A DNA stretch of 53,795 bases from Candidatus Omnitrophota bacterium (GCA_003565945.1 PXAH01000133.1:1-53795); one strand, 5' to 3'; positions 1 to 8,521 are shown, numbered from the stretch's first letter. Made by a program: numbers and translations. Notes: a model not told the origin generated them from the sequence alone.

Positions 1-114
1 ATCAAAACCTATAGGTGGATATGACTTTAAGATGCCAACAGCCTCTTCAAGCGAATAAGCCTTATCCGATTCACGTAATTCTACTCTTTTTTTGTAATTT
101 TTTCCGCGCTTCAT
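1..114 (-). CDS. rplA: 50S ribosomal protein L1, N-terminal fragment (gene continues past the window start)
   Basis: My translation from the ATG at 112-114 on the minus strand is MKRGKNYKKRVELRESDKAYSLEEAVGILKSYPPIGFD, an L1-like N-terminus. It lies directly downstream of rplK, as in the conserved secE-nusG-rplK-rplA cluster. Confidence 0.8.
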   Translation of the reverse strand, partial: MKRGKNYKKRVELRESDKAYSLEEAVGILKSYPPIGFD

Positions 115-129
115 TTTTAATAAGACTTG

Positions 130-214
130 CCCTTGGCATCGAAGATGTCAAGGGCTTAGTCGAATTAACCCCTTGACAAATTTTCAAGTATTAATAAATG
201 AAAATTGTCAAGGG
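130..214. repeat. Modular palindromic intergenic element, copy a (hairpin P1 130-154, linker CTTAGTCGAATTAAC, hairpin P2 169-214)
   Basis: A 27-nt block, TGTCAAGGGCTTAGTCGAATTAACCCC, and the left flank GACTTGCCCTTG are shared exactly with the copy at 11251-11303. P2 arms CCCCTTGACAAATTTTC and GAAAATTGTCAAGGG pair with a 1-nt bulge. Confidence 0.75.
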
Positions 215-267
215 TCAAATTTAGCTAAAGCCTTATGCTCGCCCTTCGGGCTTCGTAAGCCTAAGCT

Positions 268-702
268 TCATTTGACTTTTATCCCGCAGCTTCTCGCTGT
301 TCCCTCAACTATCTTCATAGCCTGCTTTATGTCTGTTGTGTTTAAGTCGGGTAATTTTTCTTTGGCTATGTTTTCAACATCTGACTTTTTTACTTCTCCG
401 ATAATTTGCTTTCCAGCCTCTGAAGAAGCCTTTGCTAAATTAGCCGCCCTCTTTAACAAAAAAGCTACCGGAGGGCTTTTCACCGTAAAATCAAAACTTC
501 TATCTTTGTAAACATTAATTATAACTGGCAGGACTATCCCCTCTTTTTGTTTTGTGGCTTCGTTGAAAGCCTTACAAAACTCCATAATATTAACACCGTG
601 TTGCCCGAGTGCCGGCCCTACCGGAGGCGCCGGGTTGGCACTACCGGCTGGAATCTGCAATTTAATTTGCCCTACTGGTTGTTTCTTTTTTTTCTTAGCC
701 AT
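268..702 (-). CDS. rplK: 50S ribosomal protein L11
   Basis: 144-aa [39 protein letters not shown] is the canonical L11 N-terminal domain. It lies between nusG and rplA. Confidence 0.97.
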   Translation of the reverse strand: MAKKKKKQPVGQIKLQIPAGSANPAPPVGPALGQHGVNIMEFCKAFNEATKQKEGIVLPVIINVYKDRSFDFTVKSPPVAFLLKRAANLAKASSEAGKQIIGEVKKSDVENIAKEKLPDLNTTDIKQAMKIVEGTARSCGIKVK

Positions 703-733
703 CTTCTACCTTCTCTCTTCTAACTTCTATTTT

Positions 734-1258
734 CTATATTTTTTCTACCTGCCAAAATTCTAATTCTACTGGAGTAGTCCTGCCAAATATTGAAACATTT
801 ACCTTTACTTTTCCTTTTTCTGGATAAACTTCTTCAACTACTCCTGTAAAATTAACAAAGGGCCCTTCGCCAACTCTAATGCTTTCTCCGGCTTCAAAAC
901 TAACTTTCGGAGCCGGCCTGTCTTCGCTTTCTTTTGCTTTACTTAATATTTTATCGACTTCTTGTTCTGATATTGCCAGAGGCTTTCTTCTAGGCCCAAT
1001 AAAGGTGGTTATCCCCGGAGTATTTTTGACAAAAAGCCAGCTGTCATCATTCATTTCCATGTGAACCAAAATATAGCCCGGGAAAAACTTTCTTTCCAAA
1101 ACCCTCTTTTTGCCAAATTTGACTTCACTTACCTGCTCCTTAGGAATAACTACCTTATCGATAAATTTACTATAATCATTAGCTTTGATTTTTGCTTCCA
1201 GATTAGACTTAGCTTTATCTTCGGCACCGCTTAAAGTATGTACTATATACCACCTCAT
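734..1258 (-). CDS. nusG: Transcription termination/antitermination factor NusG
   Basis: RWYIVHTLSGAE is an NGN N-terminus and GPFVNFTGVVEEV is a C-terminal KOW-like motif. It lies downstream of secE. I prefer the ATG at 1258 over the GTG at 1261. Confidence 0.95.
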   Translation of the reverse strand: MRWYIVHTLSGAEDKAKSNLEAKIKANDYSKFIDKVVIPKEQVSEVKFGKKRVLERKFFPGYILVHMEMNDDSWLFVKNTPGITTFIGPRRKPLAISEQEVDKILSKAKESEDRPAPKVSFEAGESIRVGEGPFVNFTGVVEEVYPEKGKVKVNVSIFGRTTPVELEFWQVEKI

Positions 1259-1267
1259 CACTAAATT

Positions 1268-1462
1268 CTACCCCATAAATAATTTCATTAATGTAGAAAA
1301 ACCCATATCTACAGCCCAAATATAAACGGTTAAGATCCCGGCTACCACCACCACAATAAAACTGGCAGATATAACTTCCTTCCGCGAAGACCAGTGTACC
1401 TTTTTTACCTCTTCTCTAACTTGCCGAAAGAACTTAGGTATACCCTTTATTTTTTGAATCAT
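1268..1462 (-). CDS. secE: Preprotein translocase subunit SecE
   Basis: 64-aa ORF with a basic N-terminus and a single hydrophobic helix (FIVVVVAGILTVYIWAV). It is in the canonical position between tRNA-Trp and nusG. Confidence 0.9.
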   Translation of the reverse strand: MIQKIKGIPKFFRQVREEVKKVHWSSRKEVISASFIVVVVAGILTVYIWAVDMGFSTLMKLFMG

Positions 1463-1590
1463 CTTGCCTCTACTTGAATATTTTTCTATTGTTCCACTTG
1501 CCTCAACTGCTTACATTTGTTCCAACGTTTACTAATGTACTGCCTCAAGGCTCTATTAAAGAACACAACCAATCTTTTTACCTACAAACA

Positions 1591-1663
1591 CAGGCGAGAC
1601 AGGAGTTGAACCTGCAACCCCCGGTTTTGGAGACCGGTGCTCTGCCAATTGAGCTACTCGCCT
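1591..1663 (-). tRNA. tRNA-Trp (anticodon CCA)
   Basis: Folded by hand into a 73-nt cloverleaf: acceptor AGGCGAG/CTCGCCT, D arm GCTC-AATTGGCA-GAGC, anticodon arm CCGGT-CTCCAAA-ACCGG, T arm GCAGG-TTCAACT-CCTGT. No encoded CCA. Classical location upstream of secE. Confidence 0.93.
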
Positions 1664-1681
1664 AAAATGGCTCTTGGTTCT

Positions 1682-1723
1682 TAGCTCTTGGCTCTTAGTA
1701 ACTCGCTGCTTAGCTAAGAGCTA
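1682..1723. repeat. Hairpin TAGCTCTTGG...CTAAGAGCTA between rpmG and tRNA-Trp (same arms as the hairpin at 24468-24503)
   Basis: The 10-nt arms TAGCTCTTGG (1682-1691) and CTAAGAGCTA (1714-1723) are also the inner arms of the hairpin next to tRNA-Gln. The hairpin overlaps the rpmG stop codon. Confidence 0.6.
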
Positions 1724-1876
1724 CTTAGGTTTTGCTTCCTTGTGTATAGTATGCTTACGCTCAAAACGGCAATATTTTTTTATAGAAAACTTTTCAGGAT
1801 GCAACGTTTTGTTTTTAGTCGTATAGTAATTTTTACGGCTACAACTTGTACACTTTAATGCAATTAATTCTCTCAT
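1721..1876 (-). CDS. rpmG: 50S ribosomal protein L33
   Basis: My translation, below the ORF-track size cutoff, is MRELIALKCTSCSRKNYYTTKNKTLHPEKFSIKKYCRFERKHTIHKEAKPK (51 aa). YYTTKNK...PEK...HKEAK is the L33 signature. It lies between tRNA-Thr and tRNA-Trp. Confidence 0.9.
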   Translation of the reverse strand: MRELIALKCTSCSRKNYYTTKNKTLHPEKFSIKKYCRFERKHTIHKEAKPK

Positions 1877-1977
1877 AATAAGTTATAGAAAAATAAAAAA
1901 GCTGGGGTTAAAACTCCCCCGCTCAACTTTAGTGAACATTTAATTTTAGCTTACTTCCAGGCTTACAAGCCTCATTA

Positions 1978-2049
<72 letters not shown>

Positions 2050-2113
2050 ATACGTAAAATACCTGCCGCTCAATTTACTGTTAATTTTCTTAGAAGAAAG
2101 GACTGACTTTTCG

Positions 2114-2141
2114 ATATTACTATAAAAGATATATTTGTCAA
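2114..2141 (-). promoter_or_regulatory. Sigma70-type promoter candidate for the tRNA-Thr/rpmG/tRNA-Trp/secE/nusG/rplKA unit
   Basis: The minus strand reads TTGACA (2141-2136), a 16-nt spacer, then TAATAT (2119-2114). This is about 65 nt upstream of tRNA-Thr. Confidence 0.5.
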
Positions 2142-2206
2142 GAAAAAAAAAGAAAAAAATGTAATGCTTGACGTTCTACGTTCTACGTTTAAGGTTAAGG
2201 GGGTAA

Positions 2207-2245
2207 TTATTATTTGGAAAAGCCTTTCCAAATAATAACTTTTTT
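2207..2245. terminator. Perfect 14-bp hairpin with flanking T/A tracts downstream of hemW
   Basis: TTATTATTTGGAAA-AGCC-TTTCCAAATAATAA is followed on the plus strand by CTTTTTT and preceded on the minus-strand reading by AAAAAAG. It lies 24 nt after the hemW stop. The T-run polarity fits the plus strand better than the minus strand. Confidence 0.45.
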
Positions 2246-2261
2246 GGCTTGCTCCCTGCTG

Positions 2262-3377
2262 TTAAAGAAGCATGCTTGAAACAGTATCAGCAAATAAAAT
2301 ACCTTTGCCTGTAAGACTTATCTCTTCTCCGCTTAAACTGTACCGAATTAACCCTTTTTTTGCCAATTCAGCTAAAGTTTCTTTTTTGAGCCTAGATAAA
2401 TCAAAACCGGTTTTTTGCCGAAACCAGTTAAAATTTACACCTTCAATTGTCCTAATCTTTAGGGACGCTGTTTCTTTGGCGCTTTCCAGGGCAGAAAGCT
2501 GTTCAGAAAAATCCCATTTTTTACCGTCCTTCTTTACAGAAGCTATATAATCTTTCAAGGAAGAAATATTCTTCCGCCTTCTTCTTCCTTCAAAAGAAAC
2601 TGCCGAAGGTCCCAAGCCTAAGTATGGCTCGTTCTCCCAATACTTCATATTATGACGGCAGTAAAAACCCTCCTTAGCAAAATTTGAAATTTCATATTGC
2701 TTAATTTCTTTTTGAGCGGCTATCTCAATTGCCCGTCTATACATCAGAGCCACTTTCCCGTCATCTAAAGGATAAAACTCTTTTCTCTTTAAAAACTCAA
2801 ACAAAAGAGTTCCGCTTTCATAGGTCAACATATAAAGAGATAAATGGCTTATCGGAAGGTTTATGGCCTGTTTACAATCATTTTCCCAAACACTTAAGGC
2901 CTCTCCCGGTAACCCAAAGATTAAATCAATACTTATATTTTTAAAACCATTTTTTTCGGCATTCAGAACGGCAGTCTCAGCCTGATTAGAAGTGTGAGCG
3001 CGTCCTAAAAATTTTAGCTTATTTTGGTTAAAAGATTGACATCCTATGCTTATTCTGTTTATACCCAAATCCCGCAATAAGATTATTTTTTCTTTGCTTA
3101 AGCTCTCCGGGTTAGCTTCAACTGTACATTCCTTGGCGCCAGCAATAATTTTGCCCATTTTCTGAAATAATTTCTTCAAAAGCCTCGTATCTAAGGCAGT
3201 GGGTGTGCCCCCTCCTATATATATAGTTTCAAAGCCCGGCTCCAGTAATTCTATTTCTCCGGATAAAGCATCAACAAAAGAAGGAGCTAAATCATTCCGG
3301 CCCGCCGTGCTGTAGAAATCACAATAAAAACAGCGGCTTTGACAAAAAGGAATATGGATGTATAAGGATTTAGTCAT
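2262..3377 (-). CDS. hemW: Radical-SAM HemW/HemN-like protein (oxygen-independent coproporphyrinogen oxidase-like, heme chaperone family)
   Basis: SLYIHIPFCQSRCFYCDFYS carries the CxxxCxxC cluster, followed by IYIGGGTP, the hallmark of the HemN/HemW family. I prefer the ATG at 3377 over the TTG at 3392. Confidence 0.8.
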   Translation of the reverse strand: MTKSLYIHIPFCQSRCFYCDFYSTAGRNDLAPSFVDALSGEIELLEPGFETIYIGGGTPTALDTRLLKKLFQKMGKIIAGAKECTVEANPESLSKEKIILLRDLGINRISIGCQSFNQNKLKFLGRAHTSNQAETAVLNAEKNGFKNISIDLIFGLPGEALSVWENDCKQAINLPISHLSLYMLTYESGTLLFEFLKRKEFYPLDDGKVALMYRRAIEIAAQKEIKQYEISNFAKEGFYCRHNMKYWENEPYLGLGPSAVSFEGRRRRKNISSLKDYIASVKKDGKKWDFSEQLSALESAKETASLKIRTIEGVNFNWFRQKTGFDLSRLKKETLAELAKKGLIRYSLSGEEISLTGKGILFADTVSSMLL

Positions 3378-3438
3378 TTTTACTTTAGGCAAGTATCCTT
3401 TAAAACCTGTTAATTTTGGAAAACATCAAACATAGAGT

Positions 3439-3468
3439 TTAACATAGCAATGCCTGTTATGTTATAAT
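3439..3468 (+). promoter_or_regulatory. Extended -10 promoter candidate for the radical-SAM operon (near-leaderless)
   Basis: TTAACA (3439-3444), an 18-nt spacer, then TGtTATAAT (3460-3468). Only 9 nt separate the -10 element from the ATG at 3478, and there is no Shine-Dalgarno sequence. Confidence 0.45.
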
Positions 3469-3477
3469 TATACAGAT

Positions 3478-4740
3478 ATGAAAGAAACAGTCCATATAAT
3501 TCAGCCTCCGCCGGTATGGTTAAAGCCCCCGCTTTCTCTTGCCTTTCTTCAAAGTTATCTAAAAAAAGAAAAAATTAAAAGTAAGATAATCGATTTAAAC
3601 CAAATCATATTCAAAGCCCTTTCGTTAAATCAAAAAAGATGGCTCACGCTAAATAAAAAATGGGAAAAAAGTCTATTTGCAATAGTAGAAAAACAATACC
3701 CACATATTTTAAAAAACATCTGCAGGGAAGTAGAAAAAAGTAATTTTATCGGTTTCTCAATCTTTGAACGTAACTTAGATTTCTCTTTTTCCCTGGCAAA
3801 AAAAATAAAAAGGCTTTATCCTAAGAAAAAAATTATATTCGGAGGCCCAAGCACTTTTCTTTTAGAAAAAAACGAAGCCTTGAACCAAGAAGAATACTGG
3901 GTAATCGGCGAAGGTGAAAAAGCCTTAGCTGAAATTTTAAATGGCAGCTCCCAAAAAATCCACCGCTTCACGCAGATAAAGGACCTGGATTCACTCCCCT
4001 TTTATAACTTCGATTCACTCTATTTACCCGGCAACTTAAAACAGCTGCCTTTATTTTCTTCCCGCGGATGTAAGTTTAACTGTAATTTTTGCGGGGAGCG
4101 CTTTCTTTATGAAAAATTTCGCTGTCACTCACCTGAATATATCTTGGGGCTGATCAGTTACCTAAAAGAAAAATACAACACTAATAATTTTATTTTTTCT
4201 GATTCCTTCCTAAACCATAGCCATCGGTGGCTGGAGAAGTTCTGCCGCTTACTAATAAAAAATAAAATGGACATAAAGTGGGAAGCGCAATTCCGGGCCA
4301 GCAAGAATTTGCCTCTAAGCTTAGCGAAGCTAATAAAGAAAAGCGGCTGCTACAATATATTTATTGGCTTAGAAAGCGGCTCTGATAAAGTACTTAAGTT
4401 AATGAATAAAAAACTTACCGCCTCAGACGCACTGGCTTTCTTTAGAATCCTAAATAAAGCCGGGATTCATTTTGAAATAAGCTTAATTTTAGGATACCCC
4501 GGTGAAGGCAAAAAAGATTTTGCCGATACTGTTAACTTTATCCTAAAAAATAAAAAAGTAATACCAAAAATAGCTCAAGTCAATCCTTTTATCGACTACA
4601 TGAAAAATTTCCGGCAAAATGAGCGGTCAAAAGAAACCGCCCTAAAAAGAGTAAGTTCGCTGATTGAGGTTATCCAAGGGGAAAAAATACCCTACACTAA
4701 GGCCTTTATTAATAACCTGTCTTACCAAGGAGTTTCTTAG
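3478..4740 (+). CDS. B12-binding-domain-type radical-SAM protein
   Basis: 420 aa. The N-terminal half resembles a Rossmann-like B12-binding domain (IIFGGPSTF, VIGEGE). This is followed by SSRGCKFNCNFCGE (CxxxCxxC) and IGLESGS motifs typical of class B-like radical-SAM enzymes. Confidence 0.75.
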   Translation: MKETVHIIQPPPVWLKPPLSLAFLQSYLKKEKIKSKIIDLNQIIFKALSLNQKRWLTLNKKWEKSLFAIVEKQYPHILKNICREVEKSNFIGFSIFERNLDFSFSLAKKIKRLYPKKKIIFGGPSTFLLEKNEALNQEEYWVIGEGEKALAEILNGSSQKIHRFTQIKDLDSLPFYNFDSLYLPGNLKQLPLFSSRGCKFNCNFCGERFLYEKFRCHSPEYILGLISYLKEKYNTNNFIFSDSFLNHSHRWLEKFCRLLIKNKMDIKWEAQFRASKNLPLSLAKLIKKSGCYNIFIGLESGSDKVLKLMNKKLTASDALAFFRILNKAGIHFEISLILGYPGEGKKDFADTVNFILKNKKVIPKIAQVNPFIDYMKNFRQNERSKETALKRVSSLIEVIQGEKIPYTKAFINNLSYQGVS

Positions 4741-4742
4741 TC

Positions 4743-5597
4743 TTGGAAACAAAACAGATAATAACCGAAAGAGTCCTGGCACCTACCCAAATCAGCTTAG
4801 CTGATTACGTCATTAACCCTTACCGTGGCTGCGGCTTTGGCTGCCTTTATTGCTATGCCCAAAAAAATAAAAACATCCGGAAGCAAAAAATTAAAAATTC
4901 TTTAGGGGTAAAAATCAACGCCCCCTCGGTTCTAGAAAAAGAATTGAAAAATATCCGCCCAAGAAAAATTTTGCTCGGCTCAACCGTAGAGTGCTTCCAG
5001 GAAATTGAAAAAAAATACCGAATCACAAAAAAAATTTTAGACATTTTATTAAAGAAACAAATACCCTGCCTAATCTTAACTAAATCCTCCCTGATAAAAG
5101 AATATTTAGAAATAATCTCTCAAAACAAAGAAAATGAAATTTATTTTACCCTAAACTTAGCTTCTCAAAAAATAATTAATATCCTCGAACCGGGTTCATC
5201 AAGCCTTAATTCCCGCCTGGATACCATAAAGGAAATTAAAACAAAAAAAATAAAACTGAGAATACATATGGGGCCGTTCATTCCTTATCTAAGTAACCTG
5301 CCGGAAATTTTAAGCCTTTTACCGAAAAAAATAAAAACATTTAATGTTGAGCTCTATCACGCAAAAATGGGAAATTTTAACGCTTTAATCAAGAAAGTCG
5401 GAGAAAATCTTCCCGAAAAGAAAGAGCAATTATTAGATGTTTACCGCAGCCAAAAAAAATATAGCGGCTATGCCCAAAAATTAAAAAAAAGTATTCTTCA
5501 ATTAAAACAAAAAAGAAATAGCAATTTTTTTTATTTGGCCCCCGACTTTAGGCAATACTATTTACCAACTGCTAACTACAACTACAAACTGAAATGA
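4743..5597 (+). CDS. Radical-SAM protein, SPL/COG1533-like (DNA photolyase-like family)
   Basis: 284 aa. NPYRGCGFGCLYCYAQ carries the cluster motif near the N-terminus. TTG start, with AAGGAG 12 nt upstream. It begins 2 nt after the preceding stop. Confidence 0.65.
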   Translation: METKQIITERVLAPTQISLADYVINPYRGCGFGCLYCYAQKNKNIRKQKIKNSLGVKINAPSVLEKELKNIRPRKILLGSTVECFQEIEKKYRITKKILDILLKKQIPCLILTKSSLIKEYLEIISQNKENEIYFTLNLASQKIINILEPGSSSLNSRLDTIKEIKTKKIKLRIHMGPFIPYLSNLPEILSLLPKKIKTFNVELYHAKMGNFNALIKKVGENLPEKKEQLLDVYRSQKKYSGYAQKLKKSILQLKQKRNSNFFYLAPDFRQYYLPTANYNYKLK

Positions 5598-6433
5598 AGA
5601 AAAAACCTTTCTTTAGCGTAATTATCCCTACCTACAACCGGCGAGAATTCTTAAAAATAGCTATCGAATCAGTGCTGGCCCAAAGCTTTCACGATTACCA
5701 ATTGATTATTGCCGATGACGGTTCAACCGATAAAACCAGCCAGCTAATAAAAAACTACTGTCTGCCTGAAATAGAATACTTTTATCAAAAAAACCAGGGC
5801 CCGGCCGCGGCAAGAAATTTAGGGATTAAAAAAGCAAGGGGAAAATATATTTGTTTTTTAGACTCTGATGACCGCTTCCGAAGAAATAAACTAGAAGTTG
5901 TTTTTGAATATATCAAAAAAAACCCTGAATATAAAATATTTCATACTGAAGAAATTTGGTACCGCATGGGAAAAATACTGCCGCAAAAAAAACGGCATAA
6001 AAAACCTTCCGGTTCAATATTTAAAGAAGCCGCCTGCCTTTGCCTGGTCAGTATTTCAACCGCGGTAATAAAAAAAGAAGTTTTTCAAAGTGTGGGGTTC
6101 TTTGACCAGAGCTTCCCCGCCTGCGAAGATTATGATTTTTGGCTGAGAGCAACCTCTAAATATAAAGTATTTCTTGTTCCGGAATATTTAACAATAAAAG
6201 AAGGAGGGCATCCAAGCCAACAATCAAAAAAATATCCGGCAATGGATAGATTCCGGGTTAAAGCCTTAGAGAAGATAATCAAAGATAAAAACCTTGATAA
6301 CCAGACACGCCAAATAGCTTGCAATCAACTTAAAAATAAATGTTCAATTTTAATCCAGGGAGCCAAAAAGAGAAAACAAAATGAACTGGCAAGAGAATAC
6401 CAAAAAACTATTGATAAATACGCCAACTACTAA
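5594..6433 (+). CDS. Family 2 glycosyltransferase
   Basis: FSVIIPTYNRREFL, ADDGSTD and FLDSDD (DxD) motifs are characteristic of GT2. ATGA start/stop overlap with the upstream gene. Confidence 0.9.
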   Translation: MKKKPFFSVIIPTYNRREFLKIAIESVLAQSFHDYQLIIADDGSTDKTSQLIKNYCLPEIEYFYQKNQGPAAARNLGIKKARGKYICFLDSDDRFRRNKLEVVFEYIKKNPEYKIFHTEEIWYRMGKILPQKKRHKKPSGSIFKEAACLCLVSISTAVIKKEVFQSVGFFDQSFPACEDYDFWLRATSKYKVFLVPEYLTIKEGGHPSQQSKKYPAMDRFRVKALEKIIKDKNLDNQTRQIACNQLKNKCSILIQGAKKRKQNELAREYQKTIDKYANY

Positions 6434-7827
6434 TGGATAAAAAATTAAAAGAAAAAATAGAGAAAAAATTCGCTTTTTCGATGGGCCTCAATCAATACCG
6501 GGAAATAGAAAGATTGATCTTTGAGATTGGAAAAAGGCAAAATAAGCCGCCGGCTGAAGTCATAAGTAGCTTAAAAACAAAGAAAGGCTTTGAAGGAAAA
6601 AATATTTTTTTCGCCTTAAAAAACACGCTTCTGCGCTACCGCTTCCCCTTAACTTATGACCGTCCGGGCTTTAAAAAGGAAAATGTATTTCTAAGTCAAG
6701 TGAAAAAACCACTTAACGATAACTGGAAAGTTTCCGGAAAATTTAAGCCAGTTAAAATTTTTCTTGAAAAAGAAACTGAAAATAGCTATCTAATCACTAA
6801 TCTTAAAAAGAAATTTTCCGGCTCCGAAACAAGAAGAATTCCTTCCCTCAAAAAACACCAGCAAGGAAATAATTTCAGAATAGCTGAGCTAAAAAAGCCG
6901 GAAATTTTTATTACCAACGAAATAGAAGATTTTATCAAACCCTGCCCCTGCACAAAGCACCACCTGCGATGCGGTTATTGGATATTTAATCTCGGTTTTG
7001 GCTGCCCCTTTGACTGCTCTTATTGCTTTCTACAGCAATACACTAATTCTGCCGGAATAGTTCTGCCCGCAAATCTGGAAAGATTCTTTGACAGTTTTAA
7101 TCATTTGGAAAAAAAGCTAAAAAAACCAATCAGGATTGGAACCGGCGAATTTTCAGACTCCTTGGCTTTAGACGATATAACTGAATACAGCTTACAGCTT
7201 ATACCCTACTTTAGAGAGAAAAAAGTTTTTTTTGAATTTAAAACTAAAAGTAATAATATACAAAATATTTTAAAATCAAAACCTTCCCCTAACATAATCA
7301 TCTCCTGGTCCTTGAATCCGCAAACAATTATTGCCGGCCAAGAAAAAGGAACAGCCAGTCTAAATCAAAGGCTTAACGCGGCATCTAAAGCCCAAAAGGC
7401 GGGCTTTAGGGTAGGCTTTCATTTTGACCCGATAATTTATTACTCTGGCTGGGAAAAAGAATACCGAGCCCTGACCGAAAAACTCTACCAGCGCCTGAGG
7501 CCCCCTTTTGCTTGGATAAGCTTAGGTACTCTCCGATGCAACCGCGCTCTCAAATCAATAGCTGAACAGCGTTTCCCCCAAAGTAATATCTTTTACGGAG
7601 AATTACTTCTGGGGAAAGATAAAAAACTAAGATATCCACTCTTCTTACGAAAAAAGATTTATGCTAAAATCCTTAAATGGATAGGGAAATTTGACCAAAA
7701 AACGCCAATCTACCTTTGCATGGAAGATAACCAAATCTGGAAAACTTGCAAAACCTTGAACGCTCCCGCTAACCTCTTGCATCCAAAAGCTTGCCAAACA
7801 AAACTCACTAAAATGCCCCCATTTTAG
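6433..7827 (+). CDS. Spore-photoproduct-lyase-family radical-SAM protein with an N-terminal extension
   Basis: 464 aa. GFGCPFDCSYCFLQQY is an SPL-type CxxxCxxC motif. The remainder is collinear with SplB-like proteins, with roughly 100 extra N-terminal residues. TAATG overlap with the GT2 gene. Confidence 0.65.
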   Translation: MDKKLKEKIEKKFAFSMGLNQYREIERLIFEIGKRQNKPPAEVISSLKTKKGFEGKNIFFALKNTLLRYRFPLTYDRPGFKKENVFLSQVKKPLNDNWKVSGKFKPVKIFLEKETENSYLITNLKKKFSGSETRRIPSLKKHQQGNNFRIAELKKPEIFITNEIEDFIKPCPCTKHHLRCGYWIFNLGFGCPFDCSYCFLQQYTNSAGIVLPANLERFFDSFNHLEKKLKKPIRIGTGEFSDSLALDDITEYSLQLIPYFREKKVFFEFKTKSNNIQNILKSKPSPNIIISWSLNPQTIIAGQEKGTASLNQRLNAASKAQKAGFRVGFHFDPIIYYSGWEKEYRALTEKLYQRLRPPFAWISLGTLRCNRALKSIAEQRFPQSNIFYGELLLGKDKKLRYPLFLRKKIYAKILKWIGKFDQKTPIYLCMEDNQIWKTCKTLNAPANLLHPKACQTKLTKMPPF

Positions 7828-7867
7828 AATAAAATCGAGGTCGATTACTGAAATCAACAGAAGGGTT

Positions 7868-8287
7868 TCAGGTGGGAATAAAGCCTTTTAGCTTATCAAC
7901 GCTAAAACCTTTGGCCAGGCGAAAAAGAAAAAAATAATGGTTAAAACCTTTTCTTTTGAACCCGTCGATATTATCCACAAAAAGGTGCAACCCCCAGGAA
8001 AAAACAAAAACTCTTAAAAGAAGAGAAGGGTAAAAAAATGAAAAAACCCCAACCAAAATTACCAACTCCCAAGAATGAAAAATTAAATAAACACTTTTAG
8101 TTTGCTGATAAGGGAAAGCCAATAAACTTTTAAGTTCTAGTTTGCGAAAATGAATAAAATAATCAATTAAGTGATCAATATCAATTAAAATACCTCCTAG
8201 AAAAGCTGCTAAAACAGAAAAAACACTGCCGGATTTTAGCCAAGCAATTAAAGATACCTCAAAGGTAAGAATAAGATGAATAAGCAA
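7868..8287 (-). CDS. Small polytopic membrane protein, possibly a YdjM/DUF457-like membrane-bound metal-dependent hydrolase
   Basis: 139 aa, about 4 hydrophobic helices, with His/Asp-rich DIDHLIDYFIH and HSWE motifs. The family assignment is tentative. Confidence 0.45.
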   Translation of the reverse strand: MLIHLILTFEVSLIAWLKSGSVFSVLAAFLGGILIDIDHLIDYFIHFRKLELKSLLAFPYQQTKSVYLIFHSWELVILVGVFSFFYPSLLLRVFVFSWGLHLFVDNIDGFKRKGFNHYFFLFRLAKGFSVDKLKGFIPT

Positions 8288-8288
8288 A

Positions 8289-8471
8289 TCAAGAATAATA
8301 TTTACACTTCTGCGTGAAATAACAATAACTCGCTCCTCGTGTAATATGTTTGTAAGGATTAGAAACCAGTAACCAGGATACAGTAACCAGAAAGATGAAA
8401 AATTCGAAGCACGCCCGCCACCATAATAATTTATATAGACGGGTGATTTTCGGATTTTTCGCCCTTTCCAA
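8289..8471 (-). CDS. Hypothetical 60-aa protein with one hydrophobic helix
   Basis: ORF-track entry only. It abuts the downstream membrane-protein gene, but I recognise no family signature or ribosome-binding site. Confidence 0.2.
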   Translation of the reverse strand: MERAKNPKITRLYKLLWWRACFEFFIFLVTVSWLLVSNPYKHITRGASYCYFTQKCKYYS

Positions 8472-8521
8472 CTCTCTACTCGGCTACTTACCCCTCTGGT
8501 TTCTGTTTACTCTTTCTAACC

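Noticed and set aside
115-267. The rplK-rplA intergenic structure as an L1-binding autoregulatory mRNA site.
   Set aside because: The same linker-hairpin-start-codon cassette precedes lpxI, and related modules sit in non-ribosomal contexts. It does not mimic the L1 stalk rRNA motif as far as I can judge by eye.
173-763. Plus-strand ORFs 173-511 and 554-763 from the ORF track.
   Set aside because: They lie antisense to rplK and the intergenic element, have low-complexity hydrophobic translations and no RBS. They are shadow ORFs of the strongly supported minus-strand L11 gene.
1474-1665. 63-aa plus-strand ORF.
   Set aside because: It runs straight through the antisense of tRNA-Trp and the secE upstream region, and has no family signature. 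It is an artefact of AT-rich sequence.
3478-7827. The radical-SAM/GT2 operon as a hopanoid side-chain cluster of hpnH/hpnI/hpnJ type.
   Set aside because: No squalene-hopene cyclase or other hpn genes are present in the window. Two of the three radical-SAM proteins are SPL/COG1533-like rather than HpnH- or HpnJ-like. This is kept only as an unassigned operon.
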